From the NCBI GenBank assembly GCA_012719495.1, contig JAAYAG010000060.1, positions 1 to 64,000 of the forward strand: a DNA stretch of 64,000 bases, written 5' to 3'. The translations under genes were made by a program, and so were the position numbers. Under the pieces are notes generated by a model. It had not been told where the DNA came from. It did no database searches and saw nothing but the letters and a program-made list of their open reading frames with translations. Positions 31,836 through 41,176 of the stretch are shown in pieces (the first letter of the stretch is position 1; each line of letters opens with the position of its first letter). The DNA comes from Bacteroidales bacterium. GTDB lineage: Bacteria > Bacteroidota > Bacteroidia > Bacteroidales > Prolixibacteraceae.

Positions 31836-32115
31836 CTTTTTTATCTTATTAAGTTACTGATTAGTTGTTATTATTGTTCTATCTGGCACCAAGCACGTTA
31901 ATGTAACGGCAAAATGAATTTTAAAAATAATAATTATTGTTTGTAATTATAAGCTGTTCTGGGTTCATTTCTGTTTTCAAATTTAATTTTTTGAGTTGAA
32001 TGCACAACATTCCTTTCACTCAAAAGGATAAAAATAGCCTGTACTAAAAACATCCCTGAAAACTTTTCTGAAGGAAAGCTCTCAAGGATGTTTATCTATA
32101 TAATAAATGTTTGAT

Positions 32116-33501
32116 CTATCGTATCTTACTTCCCTTCAATGCAAAGAAAGTAATGTAAGCATAGCAGATAATAGAAATAATAAGCGCAGCTTTAGCACTT
32201 ACCGAGTCGGTTACAAAACCCATGAGTAAAGGAATAACAGCTCCACCGCATATTAAGGTATTGATTATGCCCGAAGCCAGCGGCATTTCCGAAGGATCGA
32301 GATCGTTTACGCCCAACGCAAAAATGTTCGGGAACATAATTGAGTTGAAGAAGCCAATTGATAAAAGGCCCCACATGCCAATATTAGCGGGCAACAGAAG
32401 GGCGGCCACAATAAGCAGCATATTTACGGTTCCAAAAACTCCAAGGGCAAGGTTTGCTTTGCCTTTTCCGAGTAACATAAGCAAAAAGTTAAGTACAGCT
32501 ATTCCCAAAAAGATGAATCCATTAATGATTTTCGATTCGAAAATAAATTTGCCATCAACAAAATTTGCCGAAGTAATGAACCAGCCTACGAAGAAAGCAA
32601 AAACAATTATCAAGGCAGAAAGCTGATATTTTTTGCGGTTCTCCATGTTGCCAAGAAGAATTGAGCCAAAGAAACGGCCAATCATGGCACCTCCCCAATA
32701 AATAGCCGATAACCTAACAGCAACGTCGGTTGCATAACCACTGTCGTTGAGGTAAGGAGCAATTTGAGAAGCAGTACCCACTTCGGCACCTACATAGCAG
32801 AAAATACCGATAGCACCAAGCCATACTTGTGGCTTTTTGAAAACTGATTTCGATGAAATGGTAGTATCGCCAATGATAGCAGGAAGTTTAATGAAACCAA
32901 TTCCTATGGCAATAAGTAAAACAAGAGTTCCAATGACAAGAAATGGGCCTTGAACAAATTTAGCCGCATCGGCAGGGGTCGAGCCCGAGTTGATTGCCAA
33001 TACAGCGGGAGCCAAAACCAACACACCGGCAAGGAAAGGGGCAATGGTTGTAGCCACCCCGTTTAACGCTTGGGTAAGGTTCAGTCGAGCAGGAGCTGTA
33101 TCTTGTGGCCCTAATGCTGCAACATACGGGTTTGCAGCGGTTTGCAAAAACACCACTCCAGAAGCCATAATGAAAACAGCCAATAGGAATAAGGGGTACG
33201 ACAACGCAGCCACAGCCGGGAAAAAGGTGTAACTCCCTGCAGCTACAAGCACAAGGCCTGCAATAACTCCATTTTTATACCCAATACGTTTGATAATAAA
33301 GCCGCACAAAAAACTGAAAACGGCATAAGCAATAAAAAAGGCAAAGTTTACCAGCTGAGCCCCAAAATTGGAAAGGGTAAACGCTAGCTGAACCTGGTCT
33401 TTCATCGCAATGTTGAAATTGGTGATAAAACCAAAAATGAAAAAGATCGATGCCATAAAGGTCATCCCAATCTTTAGGTTACTGTTCGATTGCTGTGACA
33501 T
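32116..33501 (-). CDS. MFS transporter, FucP/GluP family (glucose/galactose or fucose:H+ symporter-like)
   Basis: 461 aa, 12-TM pattern. Same strand and upstream of the ROK kinase. Confidence 0.75.
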   Translation of the reverse strand: MSQQSNSNLKIGMTFMASIFFIFGFITNFNIAMKDQVQLAFTLSNFGAQLVNFAFFIAYAVFSFLCGFIIKRIGYKNGVIAGLVLVAAGSYTFFPAVAALSYPLFLLAVFIMASGVVFLQTAANPYVAALGPQDTAPARLNLTQALNGVATTIAPFLAGVLVLAPAVLAINSGSTPADAAKFVQGPFLVIGTLVLLIAIGIGFIKLPAIIGDTTISSKSVFKKPQVWLGAIGIFCYVGAEVGTASQIAPYLNDSGYATDVAVRLSAIYWGGAMIGRFFGSILLGNMENRKKYQLSALIIVFAFFVGWFITSANFVDGKFIFESKIINGFIFLGIAVLNFLLMLLGKGKANLALGVFGTVNMLLIVAALLLPANIGMWGLLSIGFFNSIMFPNIFALGVNDLDPSEMPLASGIINTLICGGAVIPLLMGFVTDSVSAKAALIISIICYAYITFFALKGSKIR

Positions 33502-33841
33502 TTGAGTACTTTTAATTAATTTGTTTTATGGTTTGTGTGAATTTACGTCGAAACGAACAAATTTATAAATTAAATCGAAATTGATCTATGGTCTCCGGGA
33601 CAAAACTGTGTTAAGACCTCCCATTTTTCCAATATATTTTGGTCACACAATCGGGATCGTTTCACATTACAGAAATCTTTTGCCTATACGCTTCAACCGA
33701 ACAATAGAACAGCAAAATTCTTAACCCAACTGAACAAACTCATTCTTATCAATACACATTTCATTGCTCTCCTGAAATCTAATCCATTTAAGCCCTTCAA
33801 AGAGAATAATTCTCAACATGATCCCAAAATAATTTATACTT

Positions 33842-34798
33842 TTGAGAAAAGAGAAACCGGAAACCATCAGAAAATCTTGTGGGCTTTTTCACGCAAATTC
33901 ACCGCCAATGAAACTTAACGACTTTTTTGTTCCCGCTTGGAAAAACAGCGACCCTAAAGTACGGCTGAAAGCTATCGAAAAGAATCATTACGATGAAAAT
34001 ATTCTTTCCTGCATTATAAAAAACACTGATGAAGAGATTGATGTCGTTTTTGCGGCTATCGACAAGCTACAAAACACTGAACTTTGCGAAATACTTTTTC
34101 AAAATGTTTATGGAAAAAAAGCTGATGAAAAAAGAAAGAAGATTCTTCAAAAGATTAGTGACGAACAACATATCCTAAAAATTTATTGGAAAATACGCAA
34201 CAGTGGTGGAAAATCTTTTCTGGAGATAGTTCTCGAACAACGGTTGTTTGAACTCTGGGAAACAGCTGTTGAAAAGACCATTGATACTGATGCTCTTATA
34301 GCCATTGCCCAAAAATCGCTAAATCATATACAGGGATCTTATGTAAGTTCAGGTTCTTTCAGCATAGCCCGTATCGCTATCAAAAAAATTTCTGATTTGG
34401 AAAAATTGTCGGCCTGGATACAGAACCAATTTGCCTCAACCAAACAGCTCCATTATTCCATTCTGGATGGGTTATCGGAAAGGCTGAAACAAAAAGATTC
34501 TGAAAAATTCTTTTCATCGATCGACAACACCGAATTGCTACTCCTTCTATACAAAAGCGGAGGGACTGCTCTTGTTGCTGGTGTTGAAAAAAGGCTATCT
34601 CAAATGGGAAAAAAGATCCGGATTGACGAATACGATAAAGAGGGAAAATGTTCATCGTGCGATGGAGCTGGCGGAGGAGATGCCAGGATCCCCTACACCG
34701 ATAATGATTGGAAATGGGAAAGATGTGAATACTGCAACGGAACCGGCCGCGAAATGTTTCACATCAAAGAGTACCTCATCGAAAACCTCGAAGATTAG
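33842..34798 (+). CDS. Hypothetical helical-repeat protein with C-terminal DnaJ-type CxxCxGxG zinc finger
   Basis: C-terminus CSSCDGAGGG … CEYCNGTGRE (two CxxCxGxG motifs). N-terminal helical repeat region. Alternative start MKLNDFF at 33908. Confidence 0.4.
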   Translation: MRKEKPETIRKSCGLFHANSPPMKLNDFFVPAWKNSDPKVRLKAIEKNHYDENILSCIIKNTDEEIDVVFAAIDKLQNTELCEILFQNVYGKKADEKRKKILQKISDEQHILKIYWKIRNSGGKSFLEIVLEQRLFELWETAVEKTIDTDALIAIAQKSLNHIQGSYVSSGSFSIARIAIKKISDLEKLSAWIQNQFASTKQLHYSILDGLSERLKQKDSEKFFSSIDNTELLLLLYKSGGTALVAGVEKRLSQMGKKIRIDEYDKEGKCSSCDGAGGGDARIPYTDNDWKWERCEYCNGTGREMFHIKEYLIENLED

Positions 34799-35007
34799 AA
34801 TATATTACCACACTCATACCCCAACTCCTCGAAATATGCTCAACTATTCGCAACTGTCGCCTCTCAAACTCAGAATTTAGCTAACGCTGCTCTTCGATTG
34901 AAATCCTGTAAACATACTAAACTAACGTACTATTCACCTGCTCTCTTATATTTTGAGCCGTAACAATTATATTGTTATTTAATCAGATGCTTATCAGCTC
35001 ATAACCT

Positions 35008-35035
35008 GCTGCCGCGGTTTGCAAACCGCGGCAGC
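35008..35035. repeat. Perfect 28-bp GC-rich palindrome GCTGCCGCGGTTTGCAAACCGCGGCAGC between convergent genes
   Basis: Read directly from the sequence. It is the reverse complement of itself, GC-rich in an AT-rich intergenic region, with no T-tract on either side. Confidence 0.6.
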
Positions 35036-35102
35036 AGCGTTCGCTAACATCCTGCCCAGCTGGGGCATGTACTTCCAGCACAGCACCCTTACAACAAGAT
35101 AA

Positions 35103-36275
35103 TTACTTGAATATCAACTGAGAAAATTCTGACAAGTAGGTTCTCCAATTGGTCCAGGTATGGCCACCTTCTGTTTCCAAATAAGTGTATTTCATACCTA
35201 TAGAATCGAGTTTTTTTCTGAAATCGGCATTTGCCTGATACAAAAAGTCGGTTTTGCCAATGCCTATCCAATAGATTTTGTACCCGTTTTTTTGCTGCTG
35301 CGAGAGTGTTTCGTCAAATTTGTCGTACACTTTTGATTTTACCTGCTGATCGGGCATAATGGCTGCCGAAAATAGCCCAACATGGTCAAAGGTATTGGGA
35401 TAGAAACGCGAAATATGCAGGGAATGAAAACCGCCCATCGATAAGCCTGCAATAGCCCGTCCCTTTTTCTCGGAAATAACCCGATAGTTTTGCTCAACAA
35501 AAGAAATTATATCGGGAAAAGAAGTTTCAAAGGTTCCGTCCATGGTATTGGGGAGCATCATGTTAGGCTTGTGCATCCCTGTAGAAGCTTCACCGGGAGC
35601 AGCTTGTTGCGATGCATTTCCATTGCTCATAACCACAATCATTGGCCTGGCTTTTCCTTGGGCAATCAGGTTATCGAGAATTTGAGCTGTACGCCCAAGC
35701 GCGATCCATGCTTCTTCATCGCCACCCATTCCATGAAGCAAATACAGAACCGGAAACTTTTCCTTGCTGTTTTCATATCCGGCTGGTGTATAAATAGTTA
35801 TTCGTCGTTCTTTTGAAAGGCTTGGCGAGTTGTACCAACGCCGCGAAACAGTACCGTGGGGCACATCATTCACCGAATAGAGGTCGCCTTTCCCTCCTTT
35901 TACAATAAACACATTGAAGATTGAGGCCACATCGCGAATTTGATAAACATTGTTCGGATCGTTGGTTTTAATGCCATCTATAACAAAAAGATAGCTATAC
36001 AAATCGCTGGCAAGCGGAGTTGTTGTGTAGCTCCAAATGCCTTTTTCATCCAATTTCATCGTAACACTTCCCGAGCCCTGGCCTGCTGAAGGAAGCCAAT
36101 CACCAATAATTTTCACTTCGCGGGCTCCGGGTGCTTCAACCCTAAAAGTTACCGAGTTATCGTTGTTGATTTGTGGAGATACAAGTTGTGAATTGTTCCA
36201 CAGAGATTGTTGTGCAACAGCATAATAGCTGATAGTCGTGAACAACAAGATTAATAATACAGTTGGTTTATTCAT
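35103..36275 (-). CDS. Esterase (PF00756-like alpha/beta hydrolase) with N-terminal CBM48/Ig-like domain
   Basis: Signal peptide. N-terminal VTFRVEAPGAREVKIIGDW beta-sandwich. Catalytic GLSMGG serine motif. …HGMGGDEEAW…. Confidence 0.7.
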   Translation of the reverse strand: MNKPTVLLILLFTTISYYAVAQQSLWNNSQLVSPQINNDNSVTFRVEAPGAREVKIIGDWLPSAGQGSGSVTMKLDEKGIWSYTTTPLASDLYSYLFVIDGIKTNDPNNVYQIRDVASIFNVFIVKGGKGDLYSVNDVPHGTVSRRWYNSPSLSKERRITIYTPAGYENSKEKFPVLYLLHGMGGDEEAWIALGRTAQILDNLIAQGKARPMIVVMSNGNASQQAAPGEASTGMHKPNMMLPNTMDGTFETSFPDIISFVEQNYRVISEKKGRAIAGLSMGGFHSLHISRFYPNTFDHVGLFSAAIMPDQQVKSKVYDKFDETLSQQQKNGYKIYWIGIGKTDFLYQANADFRKKLDSIGMKYTYLETEGGHTWTNWRTYLSEFSQLIFK

Positions 36276-36461
36276 GGTAATTTCATGTGTATATTTTATT
36301 GTTTTTTATTACCACATGGAATTAGCTATCGCTGAACTCCGTTTCGCATGATTGGAAAATAATCACTTCGATTGGTGTTTCTGCAAATCATGCTCATTTC
36401 ATCTATGGTAATTGGTTGATTAAGATAGATAGAAATTTTGGCTCGTGAGGGAAAAAAATAC

Positions 36462-36497
36462 AAAAAAAGCCGGGTGAAAAATCTCCCCGGCTTTTTT
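36462..36497 (-). terminator. Bidirectional rho-independent terminator (GCCGGG…CCCGGC flanked by A- and T-runs)
   Basis: aaaaaaagccgggtgaaaaatctccccggctttttt lies directly downstream of the DMT gene on the minus strand. Confidence 0.55.
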
Positions 36498-36510
36498 ATA
36501 TGAAATATTT

Positions 36511-36879
36511 CTATTCTTTAAAGACAAAATACACCGCCAATATTATAAATACAAAGGCAATTAAATGATTAAACCTGAACGTTTCAGTTTTGAAGGCAAA
36601 AACGGCAAATAATGTAAAAACAATTAAGGTAATCGCTTCCTGAATTACTTTCAACTGAAAAAGGGTGAAAGGGCCTCCATTGTCTTTAAAACCAATTCGG
36701 TTGGCTGGCACTTGAAAAAAATACTCGAACAACGCAATTCCCCAACTAATAAGAATTACTACAATCAGAGGCAGAGACTCAAACCATTTGTATTCTTTAA
36801 ACTTAAGATGACCATACCAGGCAAACGTCATAAATGTATTGGAAAGAACGAGCAATCCAATCGTATATAATGCCTTCAT
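36511..36879 (-). CDS. Small DMT-superfamily (EamA-like, 4-TM) membrane protein
   Basis: 122 aa, four hydrophobic helices, conserved Trp/Tyr-rich N-terminus. Confidence 0.45.
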   Translation of the reverse strand: MKALYTIGLLVLSNTFMTFAWYGHLKFKEYKWFESLPLIVVILISWGIALFEYFFQVPANRIGFKDNGGPFTLFQLKVIQEAITLIVFTLFAVFAFKTETFRFNHLIAFVFIILAVYFVFKE

Positions 36880-36901
36880 TTACAGAACAATCAAAAGCAA
36901 A

Positions 36902-37336
36902 TCAATTAACACTGGTTTGTGGTTCTGTGTTTTGTTTCACTTCGCCCGAAATACGCAATACCACTGAAGGGGTTTCAGCAGCGTTTGACGTAACGGTTAT
37001 CGATTTCGCGAAAGCACCGATTCGATGCGTATCGTACGTTACTTTAATTTCTCCGCTTTGTCCCGGTGCAACAGGATCTTTGGTCCAACTCGGAGTAGTA
37101 CAGCCGCATGAAGCCCTTACATTAGAAAGGATCAGTGGTACAGTACCCTCGTTCTTAAACTTGAAAGTACAGGTTCCATCTGCACCATAAGCAATTTGAC
37201 CATAATTGTGATTCAAGTATTCAAAAACAATTTTAGCTTTTGCCACTGAATCAGCAACTGCTGGTTGTACTGGTTGTTGTGCAAACAATGTAAGGGTACA
37301 ACTAACTATTAACAGTGATAAAAATATTTTCTTCAT
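36902..37336 (-). CDS. DUF1573 domain secreted protein
   Basis: Signal peptide. Ig-like domain with the family's CGC motif (NVRASCGCTTPSW). Confidence 0.65.
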   Translation of the reverse strand: MKKIFLSLLIVSCTLTLFAQQPVQPAVADSVAKAKIVFEYLNHNYGQIAYGADGTCTFKFKNEGTVPLILSNVRASCGCTTPSWTKDPVAPGQSGEIKVTYDTHRIGAFAKSITVTSNAAETPSVVLRISGEVKQNTEPQTSVN

Positions 37337-37448
37337 TTGGTATATATTTTAAGTTTTCCTTGATATAAGTTCGACAAAATTATAGATTCTTTTCGTGTTG
37401 TGTACTTTCTATCCTGATTTTTAACAACAAAAAAACAAAATGCATTAA

Positions 37449-38198
37449 TTATTTTTTTCTTGTCAGGTCTTTTAACCCGTTGATAATGGTTAATGGGTGG
37501 CACGGGTTTCCGGGGATATACAGATCGATAGGATACTTACTCAGAAAACTCCGGTCGATAGCCGGACTATCTCCAAAAATTCCACCACTAATGGCATCTG
37601 TTCCTGCCAGAACTATAATTTTAGGAGCAGGGGTTGCATCATAACAAAGTTGCACCGGTTCGGCCATGTTTTCCGATATGGGGCCTGTAATAAGAATCCC
37701 GTCGGCATGACGCGGCGAAGCAACAAAATCGATCCCAAAACGGCTCATATCGAATTGAACATTGTTGGCGGCATTGAGCTCCCACTCGCAACTGTTATCG
37801 CCTGCTGCTGATATTTGCCTAAGTTTTAACGATTGCCCCAATACTCGATGCACATCTGACCTCACTTTAGTAGGATCAACTTCAATGGTTCTATCTTCGC
37901 CTTCGGTTACAACGAGCCTTTCACGTATGTTGGTAGAAATTTTATAATCTTTGGTGAATTCAATTTTTGTTGGAAAACGCCTGGCACATTCACCACAAAA
38001 TGTGCATTTCCCCAAATCGATACGTACCGGCGATGTTTCAATGGCTCCTACCGGGCAAACCAACTGCAGCTCGTGTTCGTCAACTTTTTCGAGGCTAATA
38101 ACCGGCCGCCCCCTGAAAATTCCCGGAACCTTTGCCGAAGTAACATCGGGAATAAATTGCTTCCCCTGATGGTATACTATTTTTAAATTTTCTAACAT
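37449..38198 (-). CDS. Fusion of a single-cluster 4Fe-4S ferredoxin domain with a NuoB / [NiFe]-hydrogenase small-subunit-like domain (HyfH-HyfI-like); Cys ligands incomplete
   Basis: N-terminus CPVGAIE + CTFCGECARRFP, one cluster's worth of Cys. C-terminal NuoB-like SPRHADGILITGPISENMAEP…IIVLAGTDAISGG…IPGNPCHP. Canonical CCxxE and GxCxxxGG cysteines are replaced. Confidence 0.7.
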   Translation of the reverse strand: MLENLKIVYHQGKQFIPDVTSAKVPGIFRGRPVISLEKVDEHELQLVCPVGAIETSPVRIDLGKCTFCGECARRFPTKIEFTKDYKISTNIRERLVVTEGEDRTIEVDPTKVRSDVHRVLGQSLKLRQISAAGDNSCEWELNAANNVQFDMSRFGIDFVASPRHADGILITGPISENMAEPVQLCYDATPAPKIIVLAGTDAISGGIFGDSPAIDRSFLSKYPIDLYIPGNPCHPLTIINGLKDLTRKK

Positions 38199-38230
38199 GG
38201 CTCTGTGCTTCTTTTTAATCTTGCTGATAA

Positions 38231-39730
38231 CTACAAATCGTGACCAGCATACGAAAGGTTAAAACTCTTGTTGCAAATTGGAAAATCAGAAATTTCGTTA
38301 TTCCTTACCGCCAAGGCCAATGCCAGCCAATTATGGAACGAAGGATCTTTTATCTTGTAAATGAGCAACTCTCCTTTTTCATCGGTAATGGCACAATGGC
38401 ATATTTCGCCGCGCCAACCCTCAACCAACGCGATAGAAAATGCATTTGGCGAAGAATTTTCCAGATTATTTACCTCACTGGTAGCATCTGGCACATTGTC
38501 AAGCATTTCCTTAATGTATTTTATCGACTGCCTGATTTCGTTCCTCCGAATCTGGAAGCGGGAATATACATCGCCATGGTGCTTAATAGCTGGTTCATGT
38601 TTCATTTCGCTATACAGATAAAAAGGATGCGTAGAACGAATGTCCCGGGTTAGCCCGCTCATGCGTGCGGCCATTCCAACGGCACCTATCGAAAGTATAT
38701 CGTCATATGAAACAATCCCGGTTCTTTCAAACCTTGATAACGTACTTGGTAACCGGCGGATTTGTTCAACGATCTCTTCAAAGTCAGGTTCATATTCTGT
38801 AAAGATTTGCGCTAACCTTTCGGCAAGAGCCGGGGTAAAGGGGAACTGATTCCGGCCAGGCCTAATGAGCCCTTTCGACAAGCGGTTTCCACCCCATTCC
38901 TGCATAAAGTTTATCATTGGGGTACGCAAACGTCCAAGTACCGAACTCCCAAGCTGATAGGCTACATCGGTACACATGGCGCTCAAGTCGCCGGTATGAA
39001 TAGCAATCCGCTCCATCTCGAGAGCAAGAGTACGGGCAAATTGAATATCTTTTGATGGTTTAAACCCGCACAAACTTTCCCAAACCATCGAAAATGCAGT
39101 GGTATGACCTACAACAGTATCTCCTGTAATATTTTCGGCTAACGTTGTACGCTGCAACAGGCTTTTTTTATCGAGGAAAAGCTGTTCAACCCCACGGTGC
39201 TGAAAACCAAGCTGTATTTCAAGATGAAGAATTTGTTCACCATTACAAATAAACCTGAAGTGACCCGGCTCGATAACACCGGCATGAATTGGACCTACAC
39301 CCACCTCGTGAAGTTCTTCACTATCGATACTGTAAAACGGGTAGTTGGCAATGGTTTTCGATTTGTCGGCACGGTTAAACGGGTAACGTACCGGTTTTAA
39401 CCAAGGATGACCAACAAATCCAATCCCGAAATTTTCGTGAATCTCGCGCTCAAATTTCTCGAAGCATAAAAGCTCTTTTGATAACGAACGCAAGTTATCA
39501 TCATTATTTACCACACACGATAATACATAAATTTGATGGGTCAGATCGTCGGCAAGGCAACATATCAATTTAATTTTTCCATTCAGGCGATATCCAAAAT
39601 AATTGGCGCAATGCCTTTCGGTTTGCCCAGTCATCAATTTCGATATTTCATCGAAAAAAACAGGATAACTTACCTCAGGAATTTCGGCAATGCCAATGGT
39701 GGTATTATTTTCTATCTGTATGTAATTCAT
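38231..39730 (-). CDS. Fused NuoC/NuoD-like (hydrogenase-4 large-subunit HyfG-like) protein lacking [NiFe]-binding CxxC motifs
   Basis: 499 aa. NuoC-like N-terminus. NuoD/HycE-like core (GPIHAGVIEPGHFRF…GFQHRGVEQ). No CxxC pair anywhere in the protein. C-terminus DFPICNKS occupies the place of the DPCxxCxxR Ni/Fe ligand motif. Confidence 0.75.
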   Translation of the reverse strand: MNYIQIENNTTIGIAEIPEVSYPVFFDEISKLMTGQTERHCANYFGYRLNGKIKLICCLADDLTHQIYVLSCVVNNDDNLRSLSKELLCFEKFEREIHENFGIGFVGHPWLKPVRYPFNRADKSKTIANYPFYSIDSEELHEVGVGPIHAGVIEPGHFRFICNGEQILHLEIQLGFQHRGVEQLFLDKKSLLQRTTLAENITGDTVVGHTTAFSMVWESLCGFKPSKDIQFARTLALEMERIAIHTGDLSAMCTDVAYQLGSSVLGRLRTPMINFMQEWGGNRLSKGLIRPGRNQFPFTPALAERLAQIFTEYEPDFEEIVEQIRRLPSTLSRFERTGIVSYDDILSIGAVGMAARMSGLTRDIRSTHPFYLYSEMKHEPAIKHHGDVYSRFQIRRNEIRQSIKYIKEMLDNVPDATSEVNNLENSSPNAFSIALVEGWRGEICHCAITDEKGELLIYKIKDPSFHNWLALALAVRNNEISDFPICNKSFNLSYAGHDL

Positions 39731-39731
39731 G

Positions 39732-41159
39732 TCATTGAGGTAAAAGCATTATACTTTCTTTAATCAGTTCGACCAATTCGGCAGGCGGGTTAAGCCCCAA
39801 ATAAATGGCCAGTGCAAGCAGAACAAACTGCGAAAGAGATTCCCACGGGCTAATTTTCGGCACATTGCTATCGTCGAAATCAACTGGAGGAACAAAAAGG
39901 ATTTTAAGAATATTTTTTCCAAAAGCCCATATAATAATAGTGAGCAACAGAAGCAAAGCGGCAAGAACAATAATTTGCTTAGCCTCGAAAAGCGAGCGGA
40001 ATATCATGAATTCGCTCACAAAAAGACCCGAAGGGGGCATGGCTGTGGCACTAATGAAACCAGTGAGCAACACCATGGCACCGGCAGTATTATATTTGAA
40101 ATAATTTCCAACATTGTAAATACTTTTGTTCTGAAACACCCTATACAGCTGGGTGAACTGCAGAAATAAGCTTGACTTTACAAAAGCATGAAGAATAATG
40201 TGCAAAATGGCAGCATAATAGCCAACACCTCCGGCAGCCACACCCAACATAACCAATCCCATGTGCTCTATACCCGAATAGGCGAGCATACGTTTTATGT
40301 TCTTTACTTTAATCATATACACTGTCGATACAAAAACCGACAAGAAAGCAGCAATACCAATTACCATATTGGCCCAGTGGTGAAGCGGTGTATTGGCAAC
40401 CACAATATAAAACCTGAAGATGCCCACAAAACCAAGGTTCATCAGCACGCTCGAAAGCAAGGCTCCAACGGGTGCCGGGGCTTTGTCTTTAGCATCGATA
40501 CCGGCAGTAAACATTGGCACTAAGCCAAGCTTCGCCGTAAAACCAGTAAAAATAAACAAGAAAGCCAGGCGCAGCCAAAACGGGTTCAGTTTAGCACTAT
40601 TCGTAACAAGATTAGTGTAACTAAGATCCTGAGAACCTGCCTGTTCAAGAGCAAGGCTTAAAAACAGGATACCGATGAATACAAAGGTGATGCTTATAGC
40701 ACAAATAAATACATATTTCCAGGTTCCTTCGAGGGCTAATTTGTTCCGGTGATGGTATATTAAGGCAGAAGCACTCAAGGTGGTAATTTCGGTGAAAATC
40801 CAGGTAACGGCAATGTGATTGGCCAAATATCCAGCACTTATCGCTGTGATTAAAAGCACTATAGATGCATAATATATTGAACGGGTTTCGGGAGGTGCCG
40901 GTTGGTCCTCGAGGTAAATGTGACTATGAAAAATTGCAGCTACCGAAATAATACTCATTGTAACCAAGAGCAAGAATGCAAGCGAATCATAGGTAAAATA
41001 GGTTAAATCGGTACTCCTTAAGTTATTGTATGAATAGAATGTAAGTATCCATTGCAACACCAGAAACAGGCCAAGAAGCCCGAAGGTAAGTTGTTTGTTC
41101 CGGATGAAAAAGAGTCCGATTACTATTGAAAATGCTCCTATCAGATATATTCCAATCAT
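39732..41159 (-). CDS. NuoM/NuoN-like (HyfF/HyfD-like) proton-translocating antiporter-type subunit
   Basis: 475 aa, about 14 TM. Conserved antiporter-like core (…GIEHMGLVMLGVAAGG…). Confidence 0.7.
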   Translation of the reverse strand: MIGIYLIGAFSIVIGLFFIRNKQLTFGLLGLFLVLQWILTFYSYNNLRSTDLTYFTYDSLAFLLLVTMSIISVAAIFHSHIYLEDQPAPPETRSIYYASIVLLITAISAGYLANHIAVTWIFTEITTLSASALIYHHRNKLALEGTWKYVFICAISITFVFIGILFLSLALEQAGSQDLSYTNLVTNSAKLNPFWLRLAFLFIFTGFTAKLGLVPMFTAGIDAKDKAPAPVGALLSSVLMNLGFVGIFRFYIVVANTPLHHWANMVIGIAAFLSVFVSTVYMIKVKNIKRMLAYSGIEHMGLVMLGVAAGGVGYYAAILHIILHAFVKSSLFLQFTQLYRVFQNKSIYNVGNYFKYNTAGAMVLLTGFISATAMPPSGLFVSEFMIFRSLFEAKQIIVLAALLLLLTIIIWAFGKNILKILFVPPVDFDDSNVPKISPWESLSQFVLLALAIYLGLNPPAELVELIKESIMLLPQ

Positions 41160-41176
41160 TTGATCTGCTTTAACGG

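Noticed and set aside
31836-32115. 280-bp spacer between the MFS transporter and the ROK kinase, examined for a riboswitch or sRNA
   Set aside because: It contains one hairpin (AACATCC…GGATGTT) with a weak T-run. I could not recognise any conserved riboswitch architecture by eye. It is probably an internal attenuator or terminator plus promoter.
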